DNA from: Prasinococcaceae sp. CCMP 1430
Taxonomy: Eukaryota > Plantae > Prasinodermophyta
Direction: 5' to 3'
Length of the DNA stretch: 64,000 bases
Assembly: GCA_013416795.1 (NCBI GenBank)
Contig: RQSC01000520.1
Span: 11,280-75,279 of the forward strand
The notes under the pieces: model-generated
What the model saw: the letters and a program-made list of their open reading frames with translations, nothing else
Databases searched by the model: none
What the model was told of the DNA's origin: nothing
Program-made: the position numbers and the translations under genes
Shown here: one piece after another, positions 44,482 through 58,258 of the stretch
Layout: each line of letters starts with the position of its first letter
Numbering within the stretch: the stretch's first letter is position 1

Positions 44482-46317
44482 GGGGGCCGCCGTGGTGGAA
44501 ATCGCGCCCGCCGCCGCCGCGAGGCGGACCGCCACCCATGCCATGCATGCGCGCACTCGCGATGCCAAGCGGCTTAATCTGCGCGGGGTTCAAGTGGCCC
44601 ATCGGATGCCCACCTGGAGACAGCATCGGGCCGTCATGTCCGCCATGTCCGCCTCCGCCGCCGCCACGACGCTCCCAGTTGCCGTCCGAGCCCCCACCGC
44701 CGCCGCCGCGCCCGCGGCGTCCGCCGCCGCCACCGCCACCCATGCCTGGGGGCGGTCCACCCGCCGCCGCCTGCAACCTCTGCTGCTCATACGGAAAGAA
44801 AACCTCGAGCTTCTGCACGATGTCAGGCGCCACCGTGTTGAAGACGCGCACGGCCTGCAACCAGTCCCTCGGGTAGCGCTTCACCCCGTCGTCGCCCATG
44901 GGTGGGCACGGGGGCGGGGCCTTTGGCTTCTCAGGCTCTGCCGGGGGTGCTTTGAGACCAGGAGGACCACCAGCCGCCGGTTTGTCCGCCTCCTTGGCCT
45001 CGTCGCTGGCCTTGCTCTCACCGTCGGCCTTGGGCTCGTGGTCGGCCTTGGGCTCCTCCGCCTTGGGCTCCTCCGCCTTGAGCTCCTCCTCCTTGGGCTC
45101 CTCGGCCTTGGGCTCGTCGTCGGCCTTGGGCTCCTCGGCCTTGGGCTCATCCACCTTGGGCTTCTCCGCCGTGGGCTCAACCTTAGTCGATTCCTCGTTG
45201 TCAGCAATCGACATGGAACCGATCTCGGCGGCGATGGCGGCGACACCATCGGTGCCCGGCGCGGGCTCGGCCTTTGCCGGCGCGGGCTCAACCTTCGGCG
45301 AAGCGGCGTTGTCCGCGGCCGGCACTTCAGGCCTCGCCTCCTCCTGTTTGGGCTCAGCCTGATCCTTCGGCGCCTTGACGGCCGCTGGCTCGGATGCCGT
45401 TGCAGCCGGCATCTCCGGGGCAGGTTCGGCCTTCGCGGCTTCGGTCACGTCGGCCTTGGCCTCACCCTCCTTCTTGTCGGGCGATGCCTTCACCTCCTTG
45501 CCGCTGTTGGGGTTGACAATCTTGATAGCCGCACTTACGCGCTTCTTGGCGGGCGCGGCCACCGGCGTGCCCCGCGCGGGCGCCTGCGGCGGCCCACCCG
45601 GCTGCGCCACCTGGGGCACCTGCCCTGGGAAGCCAGCCGCTGGGCCGGCCCCGCTCGCACCGACCTGCGGAGGCATGCCTTGCATGTGCCCGCCGGGCAT
45701 GCCGCCCAACGGCGGCGGCTGCTGTCCGGGCGCGCCGGGCATGGGAAACATGCCCGGCACGCCAGGCGCGCCGGCGAGCCCTGGTGGCATGCCCGGCATG
45801 CCCGGAATCGGCGGCATGCCTGGCATGCCGAGCGGCGGCGCCATGCCTATGCCGCCGGGCTTGATCGACGGCACTGAGCCGAACGCGGGCATGCCGCCCA
45901 TCGCGCCGTCGAGGCCGGCGGCTCCCATGCCGGGAATCCCGTGCGGCAGGCCGAGGGACGTCGGGGGGGGCGCCAGGAAGCCCTCGGGCGGTGGCGAGGC
46001 GCTCATCATGCCAAGCACACTCGCGCCGGGCGGCGTGCCGATGGGCATTGCGCCCATGCCGTCGAGCTGGTCGGGCAGGCGCATGCCGGCAATGGGTATG
46101 CCAGGGGCGCTGGCGCTCACGCCGGGCGGCGGCGCGAGCCCTGGCGCGGGCGGCACGCCAGAGCTAGCGCCGAGAATATCGCCGCCGATCGAGCCGAACT
46201 GCGGGAGCGGACCACCCGCGCCGAGCGGGGCTGGCTGCGCGGCCGTCGGCATGGGCATGGGCGCACCTGGATTCAAAGCGGCCTGCGGCAGCGCGGGGGC
46301 GCCGCCCTTGCTGGCGC
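42211..46317 (-). CDS. eIF4G: Translation initiation factor eIF4G (MIF4G + MA3); apparent 1-nt frameshift near 43018; upstream exon possibly ending at 47463
   Basis: SAAIKIVNP, eIF4E-binding KRYPRDWL, MIF4G motifs LLNKLTPENF..IFDKALLEPTFCELYA and SSRIRFLLADLIEMR..GPKKIEDVH, and MA3 KKTKALIAEYY in a second frame. Confidence 0.92.
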
Positions 46318-46469
46318 CTGCGGGCGAGCAATGGCACCACGCATCGGCGGCACGGGGTGCGCAAGATGTGTCAGCGACGACTATCTGCCTCGACGCGCGC
46401 GGACTCGCACACAACGCCATACGGAGAGGGTAGCGCAATCCGCTCGCCGCTCGCCGGCTGGCACGAACC

Positions 46470-46953
46470 TCTCCCTCCGCCGCGGCCGCTGCCGCGGCTG
46501 GTCGTCGTCGTGGCGCTCGTGCTCTCTTTCGCCCTCTCCGCCTGGTACATCCTTGACGGCGCGGGGACGGGAATGTCCTCCGTAGAGATGTCTCTGGAGA
46601 CCGGGGCCGCCGGGGCGCTGATCGCGGGCACAGACGATATGATCGCGCCTCATGTCTGGTCGTTCCGCTACGCCGTGGTCGTGTTCGTCATGTGGTGGCT
46701 GATGATGGTCGCCATGATGATACCCAGCGCGGCCCCCACCGTTTTGCTTTACGGCGCGCTGTATAGAGAGCGTGGCGCGTTGGGGGCGCTCGAATTCCTC
46801 GCCGGATATCTTACGATCTGGGGCGCGTTCAGCCTTGCAGCGACCCTGGTTCAGGGGCTTTTGGCGTCAATCGGCCTGATGTCGGCGATGTACATGAACG
46901 TCGGCAGCACATACCTGGCGGCCGTGGTTCTGATCGGAGCCGGGGTCTATCAA
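46470..46953 (+). pseudogene. 3'-truncated bacterial-type DUF2182 (predicted metal-binding integral membrane protein) fragment
   Basis: MWWLMMVAMMIPSAAPTVLLY..FLAGYLTIWGAFSLAATLVQ..LIGAGVYQ. It stops before the usual Cys-containing C-terminal half, and its sequence style differs from host genes. Confidence 0.8.
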
Positions 46954-47122
46954 TGTTTTATATATTAAACATTTAAAAGAAAATCAACATGTCTGTACAA
47001 CGTGTGGTTATCATTTACGTATGAATAGTACGGACCGTATTCAATGTTTAGTTGACGAAGGAACATGGATTCCATTATTTACAGAATTAACACCTACTGA
47101 CCCATTATCCTTTAAAGATAAA
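46952..47122 (+). pseudogene. accD: Plastid-type accD fragment (zinc-finger region), AT-rich; NUPT-like or assembly chimera
   Basis: The frame from 46952 reads NVLYIKHLKENQHVCTTCGYHLRMNSTDRIQCLVDEGTWIPLFTELTPTDPLSFKD, matching chlorophyte plastid AccD as recalled. About 30% GC by hand count. Confidence 0.85.
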
Positions 47123-48349
47123 CGTGGCGGAGTTGTAATGAGGTGTGATGGATGGGGGCAGGGGGTAGTGCGAGAGGGGGGCTCACTGCGTCAGCTCTGC
47201 GTTGGCTCGCGCGTGCGCACAGCGCACGTCGCGGGTAGGGTCGCGCGCGCGCGGCGGCGCTGCTAAGGTCTACGCCTCGCGGCCACATGGCGCAGCGCAC
47301 AGGCTGCAGAGGCGGGATGCGGGGCGGGGTAGCGGAGCGAGGCGATCCGCGCGCCTCGCGCACGCCCGGTGCCCCGCGGCGGGCGCGCACACGCGGGCCA
47401 CATGGCGCCGCCACGCGGGGGGGGCGCATTCCCGCCAGCAGGCAAAAAAAAAAATGCGTCACCCGCGCTGGACGGGCCCGCCACCGCCACCGCTGCGGCT
47501 GCGCCAGCGGACGCTGACACTGTGGCTGGGATCACGGTGCTGCCGCCCGCGAGGGCTGCTGCGGAACCCTCCCCCGTGCCTGGCCCTGCCTGCGCGCAGC
47601 AGCGGCTGCCGCTGCCGCCAGCCTGCCCCCGCGCGAGTGCATGGGCACGCTAGTGCGCGCGCGCACACGCCAGCAAAAAAAAAAATCGCGCGATCGATCG
47701 GCAGGCACGGCCACGCAGCGCACATCGCGCAGCGCGCAATCGAGAGGTGCCGGGGGTGGGGGTGAGAGGCAGAGGGGAAGTGGGGTCTCCCATCCTCCAA
47801 CGACACTCGCGCGCCCTCTCCCCACCCTGTCGCTCCTCCCCCCCCCCGTCCCGCCGCGCGACGCACCCCCTTCCGCCGCGGCCTGCCCCGCGGCCGCCGC
47901 CGCCGACGCGTGCGCGCGCCAAGCCGCCGCGCCAAACCGCGCGCGCGCGCGCGCCTGGCCGAACGGCGAAACCCAAACCCTGCCCCCATGCGCACACATC
48001 AGAATGCACCTCTCGAGAGGCGATTCGGACCCTGGTGGAGACTCACCCCAACGCGCGGCACACGGCGCGCGCGCGCGCGCGGTTGGGTTCGCTCCACCTG
48101 CCGGCCTCGGCGCAGCGCGCGCGCACAGGCGTTTTTTTTTTTTTTTTTGGATGCGGGGTGGGGCCGAGCGACCGGGCCCGGGAGCTGCGGGCCCAGGAGC
48201 TGCGGGGTGGGCTGCTGGGTGGCCGAGCGGCGGCACGCGCGAGGTGGCGGACGGACGGATGCGCCTACAATTGATTATCACCCGACAGCGGTCCCGCCGC
48301 CCGCCCGGGGTGGGGGGTGGAGGGTGGGAGGGCACCGCGCACCGTTCGT

Positions 48350-49540
48350 TCAGCCTGACGAGCCCCCTGCCCCACCCCCCGCGGCGGCCTGCGCGCGCTG
48401 CAGCTGCTCCCGCCCGTGCCGCGGCACGAGGCGGTTGACGAGGTCCTCCGAGGCGCCCTTGAGCTCCTCTGGCCGGAAGTCGAAGAGCGGGGGCGGCGGG
48501 CGCCCGTTGGGCAGGCGCAGGTTGGGATCGCGCAGCTCGTCGAAGTATGGGTGCGCGCACACTTCCAGCGCCTTGTAGCGCAGGTTGGGCGAGTACTGCA
48601 GCATCTTGGACACGAGCTCGACGGCGTCCTGGGGCATCCTCTTGTTAAAGACCTTGGTCCAGGGGTGCGCCTTGATCTGTGGGAACTTGAACTCGGTGTA
48701 GTTGGGGTTCATCGTGTGGATCTCCTCGCGCGTGGGCGTGCCCAGCACCTTGATGATCTCGACGAGCTGGTCCACGCCGGACTCCCCCGGGAAGAGCGGC
48801 TGCCTTAGCAGCAGCTCGGCCATCACGCATCCCATCGACCAGATGTCGATCGCTGTTGTGTAGTCTGTCGCCCCGAAGATGAGCTCGGGCGCGCGGTAGT
48901 AGCGGCTGCAGATGTATGATATGTTCGGCTCGCCACGCACCAGGATCTTCGCGCTGCCGAAGTCGCACAGCTTGAGCTGGTGGGTGGTCGTGTTGACGAG
49001 GAGGTTCTGCGGCTTGATGTCGCGGTGGCACACGCCCTTCGAGTGGATGTACGCCAGACTGCGCGCCATCTGGTACATGTACAGCTTGACGTGCAGGCTG
49101 GGGATGCGCTGGTTGACTTTCCTGAACTTCCTGGCCACGTTGTACACCGTGTCGGGGACGTACTCGAGGACCAGGTTGAGATACACCTCCTCTTTCTTCG
49201 TGGTACTGTAGTAGCAGTGCTTCAGGCGCACCACGCACGGGTGGTCGAGGATGCGCATGATCTGCAGCTCGCGGTTCTTAAACCGCTTGTCCTGCAGTAC
49301 CTTCTTGATGGCCACTGTTTCGTTCGTCTCCAGGCACGTCGCCATCACCACCACACCGAAGCTCCCATTTCCGACCACATCCTCCACCTGGTAGTTCAGA
49401 GTATACCGCTGCCCATTGTGCATGCACTGCGTGTGAATGACCTGCCCCTGCTCCGCGGTGTTGCCCGTGTCCATCGTCGTCGTCTCATACACGCGATCGA
49501 TGTCATCACGCTCGTGGCGACCGCTGCCGTTGAGATCCAT
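48350..49540 (-). CDS. GSK3: Glycogen synthase kinase 3 / SHAGGY-like kinase (396 aa); acceptor just upstream of the ATG implies a 5' intron
   Basis: [68 protein letters not shown]. Confidence 0.97.
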   Translation of the reverse strand: MDLNGSGRHERDDIDRVYETTTMDTGNTAEQGQVIHTQCMHNGQRYTLNYQVEDVVGNGSFGVVVMATCLETNETVAIKKVLQDKRFKNRELQIMRILDHPCVVRLKHCYYSTTKKEEVYLNLVLEYVPDTVYNVARKFRKVNQRIPSLHVKLYMYQMARSLAYIHSKGVCHRDIKPQNLLVNTTTHQLKLCDFGSAKILVRGEPNISYICSRYYRAPELIFGATDYTTAIDIWSMGCVMAELLLRQPLFPGESGVDQLVEIIKVLGTPTREEIHTMNPNYTEFKFPQIKAHPWTKVFNKRMPQDAVELVSKMLQYSPNLRYKALEVCAHPYFDELRDPNLRLPNGRPPPPLFDFRPEELKGASEDLVNRLVPRHGREQLQRAQAAAGGGAGGSSG

Positions 49541-50658
49541 CTCCTGCGCGGAGCAGCGAAAAGCAGAGGGGACACCGCGCGCCGGGGCGATGCGCAATGC
49601 AGCGGCCAACATGACCTCGTCAGCACCGCAGTCCGTCGGCGCGCAAGCGGCGCACGCAGAAACTGCGCGAGCGGGCGCGAGCGGGCGCGAGCGAGCGAGT
49701 GGCCCGCTCCCCCTCCCGTGGAAACGACCAGCGGCAGCCAAGGTCCGAGTCCACGGCGCATATGCGCAAGGCCCGCACCGCCAGCAGGCAACCCGGCTGG
49801 TGCCTCGTCTGCGCCAGCCTTGCACGCGGTCCCAAGCGCGGCGTTCCAACGCACCTCAAGTTCTCGAGCAGCAGCTGCGGTATCTGTGCTCGAACCGGCC
49901 ATGCTATTGCTGCCTGCGCGACCGGCGCAGGCACGCCGCGCCCGAAAGCGCCGCGGGGGCGCACAGCGCCCCAATGCGGGCACGCGTGGGGGCGCCGGCC
50001 CATTCAGGTGCAGGGCAACGCGACAGCCGTCCAGAGACCACGCGCGCGACAATGGCGTTGCCACGCGCGAGCGGACATAGGCGGCGCGAGAGGTGGGCGC
50101 ACGCGCGCATGCACGCGCGCATGCATGCGCGCCGTGAGCGCGAGCAGGGCGCACGTGCGTCAGCGACGACGCGTTTGAACACAGAGGCGCCCAGCGCCGC
50201 GCGGTGCCCGCGCGCACCGGCACCGCAGCGAGGAGCGCATTCGCCCGCGAGGAGTTGGCCAAGCACACGCTCTTTCCGCACCACGCAGTCGGCGCGCACT
50301 TAGACGGGCTGGGGCGAGGTGGGGGGTGCCACACGCAGCGCCGCGTGGCCACCAGCGAGGTCGAAGGGAAAGAAACGGGGAAAAAGGGGGGCAAAAAAGG
50401 CGACCGTGCGCGTGCAACGCGCGCGCGGGGGGGGGGGGCAAAGAGGGGCCAACCCGCCTTGCGCAGGGCGCGATTGCCCCCGCTCGAGCGCATTCGGACA
50501 GCTTTGGGCCACTGGCGACCCCCCTGAGCATCCGCTGCGCGCACGCGCGCCGCGATGCCCCTGCCGGCCCCCGGGGGGACCACAACGGTGCACCCCCCCG
50601 CGCGCGACCACGGCATTTCAAATTTTTTGCGGCTCCACCGTGGGGAAAAAAAAAATCG

Positions 50659-50709
<51 letters not shown>

Positions 50710-50914
50710 ACAGGCGCGCAGGCGCGCGCGCGCGCAGTGGCCGCTGGCGCCGCCATCGCCGCACCACCCAGCGCCAGCCCGGCCCAGGCCAGCCCGCATC
50801 ATGCATGCACGCAAACAACACGGAAAAACAACGAGGAAACGCAACAACAACAACAAAAAAAAAAAAACCGGAGGAAGGAAAAGTGGAATGTTTGTCGGGC
50901 TCTTGTTCGTGTTG

Positions 50915-50948
50915 GGGTAAGGGTTAGGAGTTAGGGTTAGGGTCTGGG
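50915..50948 (+). repeat. Degenerate TTAGGG-like tandem tract in the divergent GSK3/UAP56 upstream region
   Basis: GGGTAA GGGTTA GGAGTTA GGGTTA GGGTCT GGG. Confidence 0.6.
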
Positions 50949-51532
50949 TGCAGGTGCGTTCGCACCCGCGCGCGCCCGCGCGCACCCGCGCGCCCTTTTT
51001 TTTTTTCCCCTCCAGCTCAGGCCCTGTTGGCCTGCGTGTATGGGAGACGCGCGGAACCGGCTCCAGCCAGGAAGAAGCTTCTTGCCCGAGGCACCGACCG
51101 ACAGACCGAGGCCCGGCGGGCGTTTCCCGGGTGGTTCCTGGGGGTTCGCGGAGGGGCTCCGACCGAGACCTCCGCCCGCGACTCCGCCCGCTTGGCCTCT
51201 TGCTCTTGTGTGTCCTGCCTGTGGTTGCAGTTGCATGCTGAGTCCTGCACGCAGCTCCTTTTTTTTTTTTTTTTGCCAGGCCATGCCACGTCTGCACGCC
51301 CGACCGAACTCGAAAGAAATGCCGCGCGCGTGGAGTCGCGCGCACAGGTCGCCGTGGGATTTGATGGCGATGGTCAAATCGCAGGCGGGCCGCGCGCGTG
51401 GCGCGGGCGCCACTTCGCGCGTGCCACTTGCCGCGCCAGCAGCCCCGCGCGCCCCACCCACCCACCCACCACAAACACACACAGCACACAGGCCTGCCCC
51501 CGCCCGCAGCCCCGCAGCCCGAGACAGCGACC

Positions 51533-54353
<2,821 letters not shown>

Positions 54354-54576
54354 ATTCCTTTTGGCGAACTTATGTATAAGATGCGATTCCAGAGTGTAGC
54401 TCCCCGTCGCTCGCAGCGAGGTTGGCGCTTGCTTGCTCTGTTTGGAGGGGAAGCAGAGAGCGCGAGTGCGTGCGGCAGCATGGGGAGAAAGCCCTGATTA
54501 TAGAGTCGTCTTGCGAGCGCGCGCCGGCTCCTACCAGCGCCCAGCAAGCAGCGATTATTAGATGTGCTCTCTGCGG

Positions 54577-55827
54577 TCATTGCGCCTGGGCGGGCGGGCG
54601 CCGAGTGAATATGTCAGCTCGATGTCATCCAGGGGTCGACGTCAACTCGCGGGCTCGCACCCTGATGCACGAGTCGCCGGGCGCGCAGCGCCTCTTCCCC
54701 CCCACACGCTCCATGAGGGCGATGTGTTCCCATCCCATACACCCCCCACACACCCCACACCCCGCACCACTTACCCTCAGGGCGGCCTCTGCTTCCTCCG
54801 CGAGCGCAACGAGCTCCGCGGCGCTCGCGCGGTTTTTGGGGTCTGCTTGCAAGCAGCGCTTGACGAAGCGCTCGATGCGCTCCGAGCTGCGCGCCGCTGG
54901 CAGCGCATCGTACGCGCAGTTGACGATGGCGCGCCCGAGCGTGTAGTAATTGAGGCCTGGCTTGTCGAAGGGCGAGCGCAGCGCCGCCATCTCGTATGCC
55001 AGGCAGCCAAGCGACCACACATCGCTCGCGAAGTCGTACGGCTTGCCTCTGATGACCTCGGGGCTCATGTAGAAAGGTGTTCCCACCATCGACTGCAGCT
55101 CGACCGTTTTGGACGACATCACGCGCGAGAGGCCCAGATCGCCAAGCTTGACTGTGCCGTCGGACCCCAAGAAGACATTGCTGGGCTTGAGATCCCGGTG
55201 CATTACCCTCCGCGAGTGCATGTGCGCGAGGCCACTCGCTGCCTGCCGCAGCACCGACCAAATCGTGTGCTCGGGCAGGAGCTCGGAAGCCAATGCCTCC
55301 CCATCGCTGCTGGCGCCGACATCGCCGGCGCCGACCCCGCCGCGTGCGGCCCCCGCGCCGCCCGCGCACTCCTCCCCACGCACCCTCGCGAGCAGTTTGC
55401 CGACGTCGCCAGCGTCTGCCCACTCGAGCACGATGGCCAGCTCGTTGTCCTCCAAGAAGCTGTCCACGTAGCGAACGATGTTGGGATGCTCAAGGGTCTG
55501 GAGCGAGCGCACCTCATTGACGCAGTCTGCGCGCCTCTCCTTGTCCATGATGGAGAATATCTGCACGCGTTTGAGTGCCACGCGCTCGCCCGTGCGCCGG
55601 TCGGACGCGCAGAAGACGGTGGAGTACTTCCCGGAGCCAATGGGCGCGCCGACGTCGTACTGCGAGAGGCGGCTCGACGAGCGAGGTCGCACGCCGCTCC
55701 CGCTCGCCCCGCTGCCCGACGAGCCGCCCGAGCACGACGTCACCGCGAGGGCGGGGGGCGCATCGTCCATTGACATGTCGAGTGCTGGCTCCTGCGCGTG
55801 GGCGGCGCCAGACATGGCCTCCTCCAT
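54577..55827 (-). CDS. NIMA-related kinase, NEK6/7-like; complement(join(54577..54585,54775..55827))
   Basis: IGSGKYSTV, VALKRVQIF.IMD..RADCVNEV, LEWADAGD, HRDLKPSNVF, DLGLSR, SMVGTPFYMSPE. The last exon is tentative. Confidence 0.9.
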
Positions 55828-56766
55828 CGCGCGCGCGCTTCGTCACTATCCCTAAGCGCGCACGCGAGCCGCAGCCGCAGCGACTACCTGATGAGTGTCA
55901 CCAGCGCAGCGCCGTGGTGGGTCTGTCGGGCGACTCGACGGGAAGCCGCGCGGCACCGCCCCGCCCCGCCGGCCGGGCGCCCCCTTTTTTCTTCGCCGCC
56001 CATTTCGCGCGCATTTACGCGCGAATATTTCCGCCCAAAACGCGCCCGCAAAAAAAAAGGGGGCCGGCGGGGGACCGGGCGACCAACCCTACGGATTGCG
56101 CCGCTCAATTTCAAAATGGCCTCGCGAGTAGAATGGCGAATGGGCTTTAAAAGCGGATTGGGAGGTGGACGAAATCGGATCTGTGGTATCGTCCGATCGG
56201 GGGGCGGCGACGCGACGCGCCGCGGCCACGCGCGCGGCAGCGCGCGCGACTCGTTGATCCGACCAGTCGTGGTGGTGGGAAGGGTGTGTCTCCGCGCGCG
56301 CCCGCCGTCGGGGAACCGGTCCCTCCTCAAAAAAATACGCGCAGGGCAAAACAAAACGCTCCTACCGTACATAAAAATCAACCGCCAACAAAAACCGTTA
56401 AAAAAGGGTATCACATCATCGCACCAATCCCAAATCGGCAAATCCATCGGAGCGGATCGCCCGGCGTTCGTCGTGGACACAACATGCCATCAAAAAGCAC
56501 CCGCGAAAACTGTGTTTTAACCACGGGAGAGATTTTTTGTCGTGCGTGCTGCCTGCGGTCTTCGGCGCAGTGCAATTTGACGTGCAGCGCCGCGAGGGCC
56601 GTTGGGGCGCTGGATGGGGGAAAATCTGCAGCGCGCGCCCGCACGCGCGCGCGCTTCCGATATCGCGCCGATGTGACGCGGCGGCGTGGGGCGCCACAGA
56701 GCGCACGCGCGGGGGGGTGGGGAGGGGGGTGAGGAGGGTTGGTGCCGCGTGTCATCGGCCGTGGAG

Positions 56767-58147
56767 ATGGCGGCGCCGCTGCTGCTCTTCTGCGACGGCG
56801 CCTCGCGCCGCAACGGCGCGCGCGCCAAGGGCGACAGCGCGGCCGCGGCCGTGCTGCTGGACGCGGCGACGGAGGCGCTGCTCGTGCAGCGCGCCGTGAG
56901 GCTCGCCGAGGGGACGACGAACAACGCCGCGGAGTACGAGGCGCTGCTGATGGGCATACGCATGGCGGCGGCGATCAGGGGCAAGAAGGCCGCGGTGCGC
57001 GCGTTCACCGACAGCGAGCTGCTGTGCAAGCAGTTCCACGGCGAGTGCGGCTGCAAGGTGCCCGCGCTCCAGGAGATGCTCAAGGAGCTGCGGCGCTCCG
57101 TGCGCATGGTCGGGAGCTTCTCGCTGCGCCACGTGCCGCGCGAGCAGAACAAGGCCGCCGATTCGTTGGCAAATGGCGCTCTTGACGAGCTTGATGTGGG
57201 CAAGTCGTTCACGATGGGGCCCGAGGCCAAGGATGTGCGCGCTGCAGAGGAGCAGCACGCAGCGGCAGTGGAGACGGTCGCGGGCACCTCCAATGCTGGA
57301 ACGTGCATCGTCCTCACGGAGGCCACACTCGCGGCGCACGAGCTCGCGACTGCCAAGCGCGAGCTTCGCATGTTCTGCTGCGACGTGCACGGGCCATTCT
57401 GGAAGCGTGTCGATGCTCACAAGCCCGTCGCGAGATGCTTCGGCGTGGCCGGCACGAGGGAGTGCTCGAAGGCAAAGCTCGACCCGTTGCCACGCAGGTG
57501 CGCGCGCGCGAGGGAGCGCGCGCGCGCGCGCGAGCGAACCGGCGCGTGCGACCGCCAGCGACTTTGCGTGCACTACTGACAGATGCCACGCGCGCGCGCG
57601 CGCGCTCGTGATCACATGCACGCCCTCGAACACCTCCAGCGAGGAGCGCGGCGAGGGGCTCTTCCATTGCACCACGTGCGGACAGAAGTGGGCAGACAAG
57701 CTGGCGAAGCGCGGTGTGCCTCAGCCGTGCCCCGGGGAGGCCCCGGACGGCAGCGAAGGCGAGTGCGGCACACTGGTCGAGCCGCATAAGCTGCGGCCGA
57801 TGAAGTCGCTGCACGCGCGCGCGAGATACCACCGCGAACAGAGGAGGGCCTACCACAAAGCTCTGTCGTCAACGAGCAGCGTTAGCAGTGCGGATTCCAC
57901 CTGGGTCAAAGTTGAGGGCGAGGGCGTTGGGGCCGGCGCCCCAGCTGCCAGGAGCGGTGGGCGGAAGCATCCACACCGTTCCAAGCATAAGTGCGCGCTG
58001 TGCGAGAGCGGCGAGTGCCGGCGAAAGCCACCGGCATCACGGCCTCACGAGTCGTCGGGCTCCACGATCTCTAATGCGTCCACCGTCAGTATGATGAGCC
58101 AGCTCTCCCTGAGCTATTTCAGAATGGAGACCCCGCCCGTCGCGTAG
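56767..58147 (+). CDS. RNase HI (archaeal/actinobacterial-type) fused to a Shiftless (SHFL/C19orf66, UPF0515)-like zinc-ribbon domain; join(56767..57497,57640..58147), 412 aa
   Basis: RNase H residues D10 (FCDGASR), E56 (TNNAAEY), D82 (TDSELL), H122 and D132 (NKAADSLAN). Then LTEATL, RMFCCDVHGPFWKRV..KPVARC, LDPLPRSEERGEGLFHCTTC, QPC..CG.LVEP and SRPHESSGST. Intron 57498..57639 is GT-AG. Confidence 0.85.
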
Positions 58148-58258
58148 TGGGCGTGGAGCGCGCGCGCGCGCGCGCAGACTAGCGGGAGCTCAGTGTGTAT
58201 AGTCTATAGTAGTACTACTGTATGTACATGAACGACGTGCCTCGTGACCAAAGGAGAC

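Noticed and set aside
44880-45200. EEPKA/DEPKA tandem repeat as a mobile or CRISPR-like repeat
   Set aside because: It is an in-frame low-complexity coding repeat of eIF4G.
49541-51532. Long ORFs (for example 49396..51534, 712 aa) in the GSK3/UAP56 intergenic region
   Set aside because: Low-complexity translations of poly-G/C/A tracts in promoter and 5'-intron sequence.
56767-57200. RNase H as part of a retrotransposon
   Set aside because: No RT, integrase, gag or LTRs nearby. The gene has a spliceosomal intron and a non-TE C-terminal domain, though ultimate origin from a TE-borne RNase H is not excluded.
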